Source of the DNA: an uncultured Nitrososphaerota archaeon
GTDB taxonomy: Archaea; Thermoproteota; Nitrososphaeria; Nitrososphaerales; CADDZS01
DNA: 64,000 bases
NCBI GenBank assembly: GCA_963799845.1
Contig: CAWCYI010000004.1
Span: forward strand, 1,312,001-1,376,000
Direction: 5' to 3'
Part shown: positions 10,800 through 21,165 of the stretch, piece after piece
Position numbering within the stretch: the stretch's first letter is position 1
How the letters are laid out: each line of letters opens with the position of its first letter
The notes under the pieces: generated by a model
Seen by the model: only the letters and a program-made list of their open reading frames with translations
Databases searched by the model: none
Told to the model about the DNA's origin: nothing
Position numbers and translations under genes: made by a program

Positions 10800-11237
10800 C
10801 TAGGCCGAGTAGACTGAAAGGAACATTACGAAGATTGAAAGAATCAATGCAGCCACAGCTTCAACGCTGATAGCGGTCAGGAAACTATCTGACAGATGTA
10901 CCGATCGCATAAGCAGCAGGATCAAGCCAAAGAAAGCAGCAAACCCGCACGTTACTGAAAATGTAATTTTGCTAAAATATCTGTACCTCAGCAGAAAAAG
11001 ACCTGTTAGAATTGCAAATATCGCTCCAAGCATATCCAGAGTTGCAAAAGTGTTGGTGGATACCACGCCATTCCCTAAACTCTCTAGGCTTTGGAAGGAA
11101 TTATTCGAAGAGAGCACAATTGCTGCAAGATCGGCCCCCAGGGCAATCGAGACGACGCCCATTGTCTTTCCGTACTTGGCCTTCTTTCTATCTTCAAGGA
11201 TCATCCTGTTTATCGGATTGTCGGCTTTGGGGAGCAA
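10800..11237 (-). CDS. Hypothetical 4-TM membrane protein
   Basis: Hydrophobic segments; no recognised motif. Confidence 0.55.
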   Translation of the reverse strand: MLPKADNPINRMILEDRKKAKYGKTMGVVSIALGADLAAIVLSSNNSFQSLESLGNGVVSTNTFATLDMLGAIFAILTGLFLLRYRYFSKITFSVTCGFAAFFGLILLLMRSVHLSDSFLTAISVEAVAALILSIFVMFLSVYSA

Positions 11238-11325
11238 TGCGATAATACACTGTAACCGGATTTATTTTCAATTATGAATTAGTGATTAGTAATCAACGCA
11301 TATATCGAATCACGCTATATTTTCC

Positions 11326-11712
11326 TCAACTTACTACAGCATCTGCTTCGATTTCCACCAGGATCTTAGGATCGAGGAAGCTGCAGACGAGCATGCTAGA
11401 GGCGGGCGCGATGGAACTAAAAAACTCCAGATGTGCCTTTGCAATATCCTGCCAGTCGGCCTTCGCACTGACAAACACTCTAGTTCTAACTACATCACTC
11501 AGGGAAGCGCCGGCTTTTTCTAGAGCAGTTTGGATATTCCGAACGGCTTGCTTTGCTTGGACATATGAATCATCGTCTGAGACTAGGTTGCCCATTGAAT
11601 CCGTTCCTGTGGTCCCGGAGATGAATATCATGTTCCCAAATTTTACAGCCCGCGAATAACCAACTACCTTTTCGAACTTTCCGCCAGATGAAATATTTTG
11701 ACGAGAAGACAT
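11326..11712 (-). CDS. RidA/YjgF family protein
   Basis: VGYSRAVK, ISGTTG, DVVRTRVF, LVEIEADA. Confidence 0.9.
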   Translation of the reverse strand: MSSRQNISSGGKFEKVVGYSRAVKFGNMIFISGTTGTDSMGNLVSDDDSYVQAKQAVRNIQTALEKAGASLSDVVRTRVFVSAKADWQDIAKAHLEFFSSIAPASSMLVCSFLDPKILVEIEADAVVS

Positions 11713-11834
11713 GATTTTAGACCACGCTTTGGACATCAATAAGGTTAGCATTCCAACCCGAAAAGACTGGAAAATTCACGACGCAAAGAAAAGTTAAATG
11801 AACGGCCGAGATTTTTCCGACAAATCCTCACGCG

Positions 11835-13502
11835 GTGACTCCCGAAATTCAAAATCTCGAAACTGACGTTCTCATTGTCGGCGGCGGAGGAGCGGGCGCG
11901 CGGGCAGCTATTGCGGCGCAAGAAAGTGGAGGAAAAGTAATCCTTGCGACAAAGCATTTCCTGGGGAGGAGCGGTTGCACGCCCCAGCTGGCATACATGT
12001 CAGCAGTGGGACCTTGGGGAGCTAAAGATGACAGCGTCGAGCTCGCAGTTCAAGATCTCCTAAAGTCTGGAGGAAACCTGGGAGATTCTGTACTTCTGAA
12101 GATACTCGTAGAAGAATCGCGAGACAGAATAGCGGATCTTGAATCTTACGGCGCCCGCTTTGACAAAGGTCAGGGCGGGAAGTACATCGTCGGTCAGCTG
12201 GCGGGACATTCGAAGCCGCGAACCCTGACCTTCAACGCAAGAAAGCTCGGCTCGACAATGATGCAAGCGCTGACGAACGAGATCCGAAGGAGGAAAATTC
12301 CCGTGCTGGAACAGGTGATGCTAACTAAAATTTTCACAAGGGATGGTTCTGTGATAGGTGGTTCCTTCTTAGATTACGCACGTGGTGAATATTTTACTGT
12401 TTCATCGAAATGCATCGTCATCGCTACTGGAGGGTACGGGGCGGTCTATTCTCCGTCAACGGTCTCAAAGGAGGATACCGGAGATGGTCTTGTGCTTGCT
12501 CTGGACGTGGGAGCCGAGGTTATCGACATGGAAAACGTCCCCTTTCTTCCAGGGAACAATAGAGCCTGGGGCTCCCAAAAGAGCTGGGGCGAGACGCCGC
12601 ATTTTCTGAACACGAAAGGTGAGAGATTCATGCTTCGATACAATCCAAGCGGGGCCGAATTTGGAACAAAGGAAGTTCTGGTTCAATCAATTGCGAAAGA
12701 GGTGAGGGAAGGACGAGGTACGAAGAGGGGTGGGATTTACTCTGATCTCTCTCATCTTCCATGGGACAAACCGAGCGTTCAAACAGACATGTCCGACCTC
12801 GTGGAGCACGGAAAGAATTTCGGCTACGACCCGAGAAAAGATCCGGTGGAGATGTGGCCAGTAGCTCACACGCCGACCGGAGGTATTCCTGTTGATGCGA
12901 ACGGAGAGACCAGCATTCCCGGATTGTACGCCGCGGGTTCTGTTGCATTCGGAATGTACGGCTTCGGGCGGATCGAGGGTTTCACATCGATGATAACTCA
13001 GGTGTTTGGGAAACGTGCAGGAGATGCGGCGGCGAAGAAGGCGGCATCAATTTCCTCGGCAAAGCCCACGGTCGAAGAAGTAGAGGAGGAAAGGAAAAAA
13101 GTGTATTCAGTCCTGGATCAGCAAGACGGTTTGCGTCCCGCTGAGATAAAGCAGCGAATACACTCCATCATGTATGAACACGCGTGGGTACTCCGGGATG
13201 AAAAGAGCCTCTCGGCCGGCCTGGGTGAAATCTTGAAGTTGCGCGAGAAGAAAATGATGGTGCAGTCAAAATCCGAAGTCCTCAACATTGACTGGCTCGA
13301 AGCCCTCGAAGTGCCAAATCTATTGCTCATGGCCGAACTGCTGCTCCGGGCGAGCATGATGAGGAAAGAATCGCGCGGTTCGTTCTCGAGAACCGACTAT
13401 CCGACCACCGATGAGGTAAACTGGCGTGTAAACATCGCTTTCAAGAAAAATGGAGGCTCGATCTCAATTTACACGAAGAAGGCTCCCAAGCTGATGACAT
13501 GA
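11835..13502 (+). CDS. SdhA/FrdA/NadB-superfamily flavoprotein with non-canonical active site
   Basis: GGGGAG FAD site, IATGG, TGDG, GLYAAG, RKESRG..SRTDYP; dicarboxylate residues not conserved. Confidence 0.85.
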   Translation: MTPEIQNLETDVLIVGGGGAGARAAIAAQESGGKVILATKHFLGRSGCTPQLAYMSAVGPWGAKDDSVELAVQDLLKSGGNLGDSVLLKILVEESRDRIADLESYGARFDKGQGGKYIVGQLAGHSKPRTLTFNARKLGSTMMQALTNEIRRRKIPVLEQVMLTKIFTRDGSVIGGSFLDYARGEYFTVSSKCIVIATGGYGAVYSPSTVSKEDTGDGLVLALDVGAEVIDMENVPFLPGNNRAWGSQKSWGETPHFLNTKGERFMLRYNPSGAEFGTKEVLVQSIAKEVREGRGTKRGGIYSDLSHLPWDKPSVQTDMSDLVEHGKNFGYDPRKDPVEMWPVAHTPTGGIPVDANGETSIPGLYAAGSVAFGMYGFGRIEGFTSMITQVFGKRAGDAAAKKAASISSAKPTVEEVEEERKKVYSVLDQQDGLRPAEIKQRIHSIMYEHAWVLRDEKSLSAGLGEILKLREKKMMVQSKSEVLNIDWLEALEVPNLLLMAELLLRASMMRKESRGSFSRTDYPTTDEVNWRVNIAFKKNGGSISIYTKKAPKLMT

Positions 13503-13509
13503 TAGTACA

Positions 13510-14232
13510 TCAGAAATATCCGCGGATCATTTCATTTAGGTGTTTTGCATCTGAATCGAAAGAGCTTGAAATTTTCTGCAATTCTTGAATGCAGCCGAGT
13601 ACGTTAATCTTTGCCGGACAGACCGTATTGCACGCGTAACACCGGGTGCAGTATTCGAGATTGGATTTCATTATAGATGAAAGAAAGTTTTTGGAAGCGC
13701 CCTCGCGATCCATGTGCGAAGCCAGCATGACGGAAATTGCCGGTCCGGCAAAACCAATTGGTTCCTTGATGTCTACCGTGGGGCACGCACCGACGCATGA
13801 AAAGCAGCGGATGCAGGTTGAAGCCGACTCTGACAGTTCCTCCTCCCTCTTACTAACTTTCTGAGATGATTGCTCGGGAAGAGTGGGAAGCAACTCCTCC
13901 ATCTTTCGCTCATAAGGGCCCCAGTCAACAACCAGGTCTTTCACAACTTTGAAGCCTGGCAACGGAGAAATTTCTTGCCCCTCGCGTACCGGAGTATAGC
14001 AAGCGAGAGAAATCTTCCCGTCAATTTTCATCGCGCAGGATCCACACCGCTGTTTCTGGCATGAATAATTGAAAGCAAGAGTACCGTCAATTTGCTCCCG
14101 GGCATACTGAAGTGCGTCAAGGACCGTCATCTGGTCTGATAGCGGGATTTCGAATTTTTCAAAGAAAGGTTTGATTTCTTTGCCGGTCGCATCCGATCTC
14201 GAGACTTCTATTGTGAGAGTTTCGTTGTTCAT
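13510..14232 (-). CDS. SdhB/FrdB-like iron-sulfur subunit
   Basis: SCQKQRCGSC..C 2Fe-2S motif; CIRCFSCVGACP and CTRCYACNTVCP cluster motifs. Confidence 0.88.
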   Translation of the reverse strand: MNNETLTIEVSRSDATGKEIKPFFEKFEIPLSDQMTVLDALQYAREQIDGTLAFNYSCQKQRCGSCAMKIDGKISLACYTPVREGQEISPLPGFKVVKDLVVDWGPYERKMEELLPTLPEQSSQKVSKREEELSESASTCIRCFSCVGACPTVDIKEPIGFAGPAISVMLASHMDREGASKNFLSSIMKSNLEYCTRCYACNTVCPAKINVLGCIQELQKISSSFDSDAKHLNEMIRGYF

Positions 14233-14440
14233 TGAACCGTCCTCTTAGAGTACGATGGATTAATCCAAACTCGCTATAGGGTCAGATCTTAAAAATGATT
14301 TATTGGTGATTCGATTCTCATAAACAAGCATATGAGATCGGCGTCCCACTAATTAGCGGGATACTTTTGACCATGGTCAAGGTAGACAACAAAATCCCGT
14401 AAATCTTGAAATACGGAAAATCGATCGCTAGAATCGGAAT

Positions 14441-15190
14441 TTGCTGTCCCTGCTGATCAACTTCAACACTTTTCTTCAAAAGCGCTACGTTGACATCGGC
14501 GGCGTCATCGTTCTCATCGTGGTGATATTTGGAATTGCCTACGGACTTTTGAGATGGCGAAAAGCTCTCGCGGAGAGACTGCCGCATATAACCAGCTACT
14601 CGCTCTCTGCTGCATCGAAGGCGAAGGTACTTGCGAATAATCTGGGAATTGATGTCTTTTACCAAAAGCCGATCGCGGATTGCAGCCGCGCTAGGTGGAT
14701 AGCCCACCTTGCCATTTTCTGGGGCTTCCTCGGACTGGCCGTTACCACAACTCTCGACGAAATTGTAAATCCAGCTGCCGCACCTCTTGGGCTGACCAGC
14801 CCGGTAAGAATTCTGGGAAATATCAGCGGGGTGTTGTTTGTTGCCGGTGTTTCTGTTTCGCTTGGCCGCCGGCTGTTCGTTCCTTCAGTTCGCGAGAACT
14901 CGACCCTCGGCGATTTCGTGTTTCTTTTGCTCCTATTTCTAACTGGAGTTAGCGGTTTTACGACGGAAATTTTTTCAGACCTGAACGTGGTTTTTCCCGA
15001 CGGTTTCTCGTACTGGTTTCACATAATTCTCGTGACGGCACTACTGGCGAGCGCTCCGTTCAGCAAATTTGTTCATACAATAGGGAGACCCATCCTGCTG
15101 TTGGTTAAGAGATCGGAAATTGAGAAATCAAAGCTGGCTGATTCCAAGAATCCAGTCCAGATGACTAGCCAAAAAGACGACACGAAATGA
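14441..15190 (+). CDS. TcuB/QmoC/NarI-like membrane cytochrome b subunit
   Basis: HLAIFWGF, PVRILGN, WFHIIL, PFSKFVH; 5 TM. Confidence 0.7.
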   Translation: MLSLLINFNTFLQKRYVDIGGVIVLIVVIFGIAYGLLRWRKALAERLPHITSYSLSAASKAKVLANNLGIDVFYQKPIADCSRARWIAHLAIFWGFLGLAVTTTLDEIVNPAAAPLGLTSPVRILGNISGVLFVAGVSVSLGRRLFVPSVRENSTLGDFVFLLLLFLTGVSGFTTEIFSDLNVVFPDGFSYWFHIILVTALLASAPFSKFVHTIGRPILLLVKRSEIEKSKLADSKNPVQMTSQKDDTK

Positions 15191-15255
15191 ATCCCATATC
15201 TTATCAAACTACCTCGCGAATAGTCTAAATTCTATTCTTCCTGCGGGAAGTCTCC

Positions 15256-16272
15256 ATGGACACTCTTAGAGTTGGACTGGTCGGCTTTGGAAGATTCGGA
15301 AAAATTCATGCAAGCGCGATCGATAAATTAATGGGTGTAAAAGTCGCCAGCATTTGCGTCGGAAGCGAAGAGAGCGCGACCGAAGCTAAAAAACAGCTGG
15401 ACGTTCCGGTTTATTCTAACTACGACAGTTTTTTGTCCCAAGGCGGTTTCGATATTATTGACATCGTATCGCCCAACTATCTTCATGCGAGTCAAGCGAT
15501 AAGCGCGATGGAAAAGGGAAAGGACGTAATTCTGGAAAAGCCGATTGCGATCAACATTGAAGACGCCCTAAGAATGTCCGAAGTTCAAAAAAAGACATCC
15601 ACCAAAGTTCAGGTTGTATTTGAGTACAGATATGCCCCGTTCTGGAAGTCATTCAAATCCGCGCTCAATGAAGATCTTGTCACCAATCCGACTTTTGCCA
15701 AGATTGAATCATGGCGAAGTCCATTTCGCACAGGTTCTAGAGGATGGCGGTACGATGGAGCAAGAGTTGGACACCAGCTTCTGGAGGAAGCGATACACTA
15801 CTTCGATCTCGCGGTATGGTATTTCGGAATGCCCCAGAAGGTCTCAGGCTTTACCGATTCTCCTTCGACTTGGAAGGAGGGCAAGTTTTCTACCGCCGTA
15901 ATTACTTTGGAATATGCAAGCGGCCTCAAAGTTTTGATCGAGGACACTTTGAATGGAGTTGCTGGACAGAACGTGGTGTCGGCGAGCGGGCAGGGAGCGA
16001 TGATCGGAATGATGTATTCCGGAGTAGAAAGCCCGGAAGAGACGGCCTGGATCAGGATAAGAGAAAAGGATGGGGGCTACAGGGCTGAGATGCTGAAAAC
16101 AATCGATGAAGTTGACGGCATTGCTTTACTCCTCGAGGATTTTGTGTCGAAACTGAGGAGGCGAGAAGAGCCCTCCGTGTCATTATCAGACGGTTTTAAC
16201 GCACTGTCCCTTGATCTGTCGTCAATTTCGGCGATCCAATCAGGCGTGCCTGAAATACCGAAGTCTGTCTAG
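15256..16272 (+). CDS. Gfo/Idh/MocA family NAD(P)-dependent oxidoreductase
   Basis: GFGRFG, SPNYLH, EKP, EEAIHYFD. Confidence 0.9.
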   Translation: MDTLRVGLVGFGRFGKIHASAIDKLMGVKVASICVGSEESATEAKKQLDVPVYSNYDSFLSQGGFDIIDIVSPNYLHASQAISAMEKGKDVILEKPIAINIEDALRMSEVQKKTSTKVQVVFEYRYAPFWKSFKSALNEDLVTNPTFAKIESWRSPFRTGSRGWRYDGARVGHQLLEEAIHYFDLAVWYFGMPQKVSGFTDSPSTWKEGKFSTAVITLEYASGLKVLIEDTLNGVAGQNVVSASGQGAMIGMMYSGVESPEETAWIRIREKDGGYRAEMLKTIDEVDGIALLLEDFVSKLRRREEPSVSLSDGFNALSLDLSSISAIQSGVPEIPKSV

Positions 16273-17302
16273 GATTTGTCCCAGTCAATTACAACAGCCA
16301 TGTACTCTTCTTTGTTGTTTAACAAGCCATCGTAAGCTCGTTTCATTTCCTCCGGAGCCACTACATGACTTACTAGCTCCTTGACTTTCAGCTTTCGTCG
16401 CTTAACGAGATCGAGAACGTGTGTTACGTCCCGGATATACGAATGGGGTGAATTATCGCCCGGCGGCGAGATCTGGTCTCGCTCAAGCGCTCCCCTTATG
16501 GTGAGCCACCTGAGATGTATTTGTCTGAAAAGCTGCGTGACGTCGGCGTTGTACGACGCGAAGGGTGTCCCGAGCAAGATCACCTGTCCCATCGGTCGGA
16601 CCAGTCCCACATTTGACATGATAAGCTGACTCACCCCGGTTGCATCAACGAGTGTATCAACTCCTTTTCCATCGTTGAATTCGGATGCTATGTCCTTGAG
16701 ATTGGTTTGGGAAGGGTCGTAAATCCCGACGCAATATCCAATGCCCCTCGCAATTGATCTCCTGAAATTTATGGGATCGAAAGCTACCACGTCTCCGCCG
16801 GCAAGGCTGAAGAGTGGGATGCGATCTGTCCAATTATTCCCAGACCGGTTAGAGCAATTTTGTCTCCGAGTTCGATTTTACTCAATCTAATGCTTCCACT
16901 GAGCACTATTGCTGCGAAACGGACCAGAGATACCTCGGGCAAAAGCAGATCTTCAGAAATGTTCGCATAGTGAGAGTAGCCGCTGTAGAGCTTGTCGTAA
17001 GTCGAGTGGTGGGCATGATGAAAGACTAGATCGCCAGGCTTGAGATCGACTTCCGAACCGGTTGCGATGACTTCGCCTAGTCCGGCATAACCCGGGACGT
17101 GTGGATAATTGCACCACGAATTTGGCTCGTACACTTTGGGGTTTGTGCCTGTGTATATTGAAAGCTCGGTACCGGCACTGATGGCCGTATACCTATTTTT
17201 AACGATGAATTCCGAGCTCCCAACATCAAAGTCGATAGAGTACTTTTCCACTTCAAGATCAAGCGGGCCCTTAATTACGAGGCGACGACCTTCCAAATTC
17301 AT
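16269..17302 (-). CDS. MDR (zinc-ADH-like) dehydrogenase, split by a 1-nt deletion near 16815
   Basis: ISAGTE, PGYAGLG, GLGIIG, DATG; frames join at IAS-(Q)-LFSLAGGDVVAFDP. Confidence 0.8.
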
Positions 17303-17384
17303 TGTGAACCTGGTTGGATATTGACTATCCCTAATTTATGTAATAGGAATCAACCCTTATCGCTGTTGGATTGGGTAAGAGAAT

Positions 17385-17758
17385 GTGTTGAATTACTCTA
17401 ATACAGAGAAAGAGCTCCTTGCTTCCAAGGATATCTGTCATCTTTCAGCACTGAGCGCAAACGGATGGCCGCACACAGTTCCTACTAGTTATATCTTGAT
17501 TGAAGGTGTGTTCTACATTCCTTCTGATCCTGAATCAAAGAAAGTGAAAACATTCGAAGGAATCCTAAATCGTCAATAACTATCGATGACGAGGTTTCCG
17601 AAGGCGGAATAACACTTGAAAGCGAGGCGAATATCCTCGCGGAGGGAGAAGCTACAGTCTTGAGAGACCAAATGAAAATCCTCAAGGGATGGACGAATAC
17701 TGTTTCAACAATAATAATCAAGCTGGATCCGCTTCGTAAGGCTAGTTGGTCTCTTTGA
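17385..17758 (+). CDS. Pyridoxamine 5'-phosphate oxidase-like (PPOX class) protein, frameshift in A-run near 17548
   Basis: GWPHTVP..SKKVK; adding one A gives NIRRNPKSSITIDD...KASWSL*. Confidence 0.7.
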
Positions 17759-19641
17759 CATTTGAAATAGCCAAAAATGGAATTCCCAAATGCGAAATCG
17801 CAATTCGGGAAAACAGCGAACTCCCGGAACGCTTTGCAGCTTCGGAACTTCAAAAATACTTGCAGCGGATTACAGGCGGACAATTTCCAGTTCGAGAAGC
17901 AAAAGAAAAGACAAAATCTACGTCAAATCGAAAGAAGTTACCAGTGATCATGGTTGGAGGCACACCAGCTTCTCGATCCAGTAAGTCCAGTAAGCAGAGA
18001 GAGGACGACAGCTTTTCAATCACTAGAACCAGAGCGAGTTTGGCAATTTCAGGCAATAACCCCCGGGCAACTCTTTTCGGGGTCTACTGGCTTATTCGGC
18101 AGCTGGGCGTCTCATTTCTTGCACCGGAATTCGATTATTACAGCCGTTTGGGCGGGAGTGAATTTGTCACTCTAAATCGTGACCTCAAAGTCTCTGAAAC
18201 ATGCTTCGGGACTCATAGACCCACTTTCGCTTGGCGACCGAAAGACATCGGAGAGGGGGCGAGCCACACAAAATCGAACATTTTACCATTGATAGATTGG
18301 ATGGCAAAAATGGGACACAACATACTGCGGTGCCCATCGCATGGCGAGGGAACCCATAGCAATCCTCACAGGACGAGCTGGGATATGTGGCGAGACTTCG
18401 TAACTCCTGAGTTGAAGAAAAGAGGAATCCTGATCCAGGTAGGCCAGCACGGGTATCAGAACTATTTGCCCACAGAGGAATACTTTCACGACCATCCGGA
18501 ATGGTTCGGCGAACTCAACGGGAAACGCGTTCCGATGAGCGAGTGCGTATTCTGCACTTCGAATTCTGATGTTTTGCAAGAATTCAAGAAGAATGTGATA
18601 AGCTACATTAAAGCGCGTCCGGAAATCAATATTTTTGATCTGTGGCCCCCAGACTCTGTTCCTTGGTGTGATTGCTCTAACTGCGTTGCATTGGGGAGCG
18701 AGTCCGAAAGACACGCTATAGTCGTTGAAACGATCAGGAGTGCCCTGAAAAGAGAGTGACCAGATGTCAAGTTAGGAATCCTCGCTTATGTCCACTATAC
18801 CGAGTTTCCCGAAAGGACTCCGATTTCATCGGAAGTTCGATTGGATTTTTGCCCGATTTATCGCGATTACAAATACAAGCTCAACGATGTCGTAAGCGAA
18901 TTTAACAGATCGGAATGCTGGGATAAGCTCCTGCGATGGAAGAACGGCTGGGCAGGAGAAATTGTGATCTACGAGTACTACATGAAATACCGATTTCGGA
19001 GTTTTCCGATAGTAATGCCGAGGCTTATTGCAGACGAACACTCGACATACGAAAAACTTGGAATTCGCGGAGTGAGCAGCTACTCCGAACCTGACACTTG
19101 GCTCGCCTACGAGATTTCGCATTGGATGCTCGCGATTTGCGGTTGGAACGGTGCGGTGGATGTGGATAAGGAGGTGCTTCGCTGGGCTTCGCTGCGCGTC
19201 GGCGAAAATCTCTCCGGACGACTTGATGAGGCTCTAAAATTGATGGAGGGAAATCTGCGTGGCCTTTATTCCGGACATTTTGGGTTTCATCCCCTCTGCG
19301 CAGTGGGAAAACTCGCGGTTGCTAAAGACGAGATGCGTGAAAGGGTAAATGCTCTCAAAAATGCCTTGGGAATTCTCGACGAAATTGTGAAAAGCGCAAC
19401 CGCTCTGGGATCAAAGGCTTGGGTTGAACACCTGAGACGAGCTCTCTACTATGCGATATGTGATTTTGAAGTGCAAATTGCTTGGGATCAGAACGATTCC
19501 AGACAGATTGCGCTTGAAAATTACCAAAAGTCGCTTGCCGGCCCGCAGGAAGATTTTGATGGAGTGATTCACTACGGCGAGGCGGGTCGCAGGGGGTTGA
19601 GCATCCATTACGATTCTCTAGAGCTGAAACCTCACTGGTAA
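17746..19641 (+). CDS. DUF4838-type putative carbohydrate-active protein with GH67-like N-terminal domain; one in-frame TGA at 18757-18759
   Basis: AASELQKYLQRITG, RATLFGVY, HPEWF, FCTSN, WCDCSNC; reading through TGA gives PDVKLGILAY..., in frame with ORF 18841-19641. Confidence 0.7.
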
Positions 19642-19712
19642 TAGCGCTCAATCAATGTTTTTAGCGAGACCATAGCTGAAGCTGATCGCAAGGTTTTCGG
19701 GGTAAAGTCAAT

Positions 19713-21155
19713 TTGATGAAAGCAATTATCGGCGAAGAGTTTGTGGAAACGGAAAAACGGCTTCAGGTGATGGAGCCAGCAACTGGAAATGTCCTGGATG
19801 AAATACCGAGCCTGAGTATCGAGCAGGTTAGATACGCGATCGATGTCGCATACGATTCTCTCCCGAAACTACAGAGTCTCTCTATCGCTCAAAGAGGTTC
19901 TCTTCTCCGAAAAGTTGCGGAACTCATCAGGAGCGATCCGGAACCCCTTGCAACTCTCATGTCACGAGAAATTGGCAGGCCGTTGAAGAGTTCAAGAGGG
20001 GAAATTCAGAGAACCGCGCAGATTTTCGATCTTGCCTCAACGCAAGCTCGCGAAGTTTTCGCGGGGAGCTTCATACCGCTCGAAGCTTACGACTTTCCAC
20101 CGGGAAATGAAAAGAGAATCGCGATCCTCACGAGAGAACCAATGGGGGTAGTCGCCTCCATCACGCCGTTCAATTTTCCATCTTCGAGCATTGCTCACAA
20201 AGTTGCACCAGCTCTTGCTGTTGGAAACACGGTTGTTCACAAGCCGAGTGTATTTGCTCCGCTTGTTCAAATCAAGATTGGTGAAATTATTCTAAAGGCT
20301 GGTTTTCCAGCCGGTTCATTAAACATAGTGACCGGCGACTCGCGAATGATCGGAAACGAGTTCGTTGAAAACCCAAAGATTTCCCTGATCACGTTTACCG
20401 GCTCGGAAAAGGTGGGCCTCGATCTCGCTAGCAGAGCGACTCTGAGAGGCAAGAGGGCAATAATGGAGCTCGGGGGAAGCGATGCGCAGATAGTCCTGGA
20501 AGATGCGAATTTGGAGAAAGCAGCCGACGCAGCGATCCTGGGCAGGTTCGACTATTCCGGTCAATTCTGCAATTCCACAAAACGGCTTCTTGTCAGAAAG
20601 GAGATCGCGCAAAAATTCACTGAAATGGTGCGCGAACGCCTGATGAAAACCAAGGTTGGAGATCCGATGTCTCTTGACACAACGGTCGGACCACTCATAT
20701 CTAGCGATGCGGTAGCTTCGATGAAAAACTTTGTTGATGATGCCCAGAGAAACGGTGGGCATGTCATATATCAGGGAACGACACCGCAGGGCGGATACTA
20801 CTTTCCTCCAACTCTTATGACGGTTGAGGGTAACAGTGCGAAGGTACTCAGCGAGGAAGTGTTCGGCCCCATCTTTCCCGTGATCGAAATCGGGAGCGAC
20901 GACGAAGCAATCCAGATCGCTAACTCGACTCCGTACGGATTGGATGCCTCAATATTCACCAAAGATTTCCCCCGAGCATACCGGATTGCTGGGAAGCTCA
21001 AGGTAGGAGCCGTGTTGATCAACGACACGACAAGGCTTCGCTGGGACAATCTTCCATTCGGAGGCCCCAAGAAGAGCGGCATTGGGCGGGAGAGCGTGAC
21101 GGACTCGATGATGGAGATGACGGAACCCAAACTGATCGCGTACAATCTTGGATAG
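19713..21155 (+). CDS. NAD(P)-dependent aldehyde dehydrogenase
   Basis: ITPFNFP, FTGS, MELGGSD, GQFCNS catalytic Cys, EEVFGP, PFGGPKKSG. Confidence 0.93.
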   Translation: MMKAIIGEEFVETEKRLQVMEPATGNVLDEIPSLSIEQVRYAIDVAYDSLPKLQSLSIAQRGSLLRKVAELIRSDPEPLATLMSREIGRPLKSSRGEIQRTAQIFDLASTQAREVFAGSFIPLEAYDFPPGNEKRIAILTREPMGVVASITPFNFPSSSIAHKVAPALAVGNTVVHKPSVFAPLVQIKIGEIILKAGFPAGSLNIVTGDSRMIGNEFVENPKISLITFTGSEKVGLDLASRATLRGKRAIMELGGSDAQIVLEDANLEKAADAAILGRFDYSGQFCNSTKRLLVRKEIAQKFTEMVRERLMKTKVGDPMSLDTTVGPLISSDAVASMKNFVDDAQRNGGHVIYQGTTPQGGYYFPPTLMTVEGNSAKVLSEEVFGPIFPVIEIGSDDEAIQIANSTPYGLDASIFTKDFPRAYRIAGKLKVGAVLINDTTRLRWDNLPFGGPKKSGIGRESVTDSMMEMTEPKLIAYNLG

Positions 21156-21165
21156 GTGTAGATAA

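Noticed and set aside
11835-14232. Naming the genes sdhA and sdhB
   Set aside because: Key catalytic motifs are replaced and no SdhC/D is present, so symbols were withheld.
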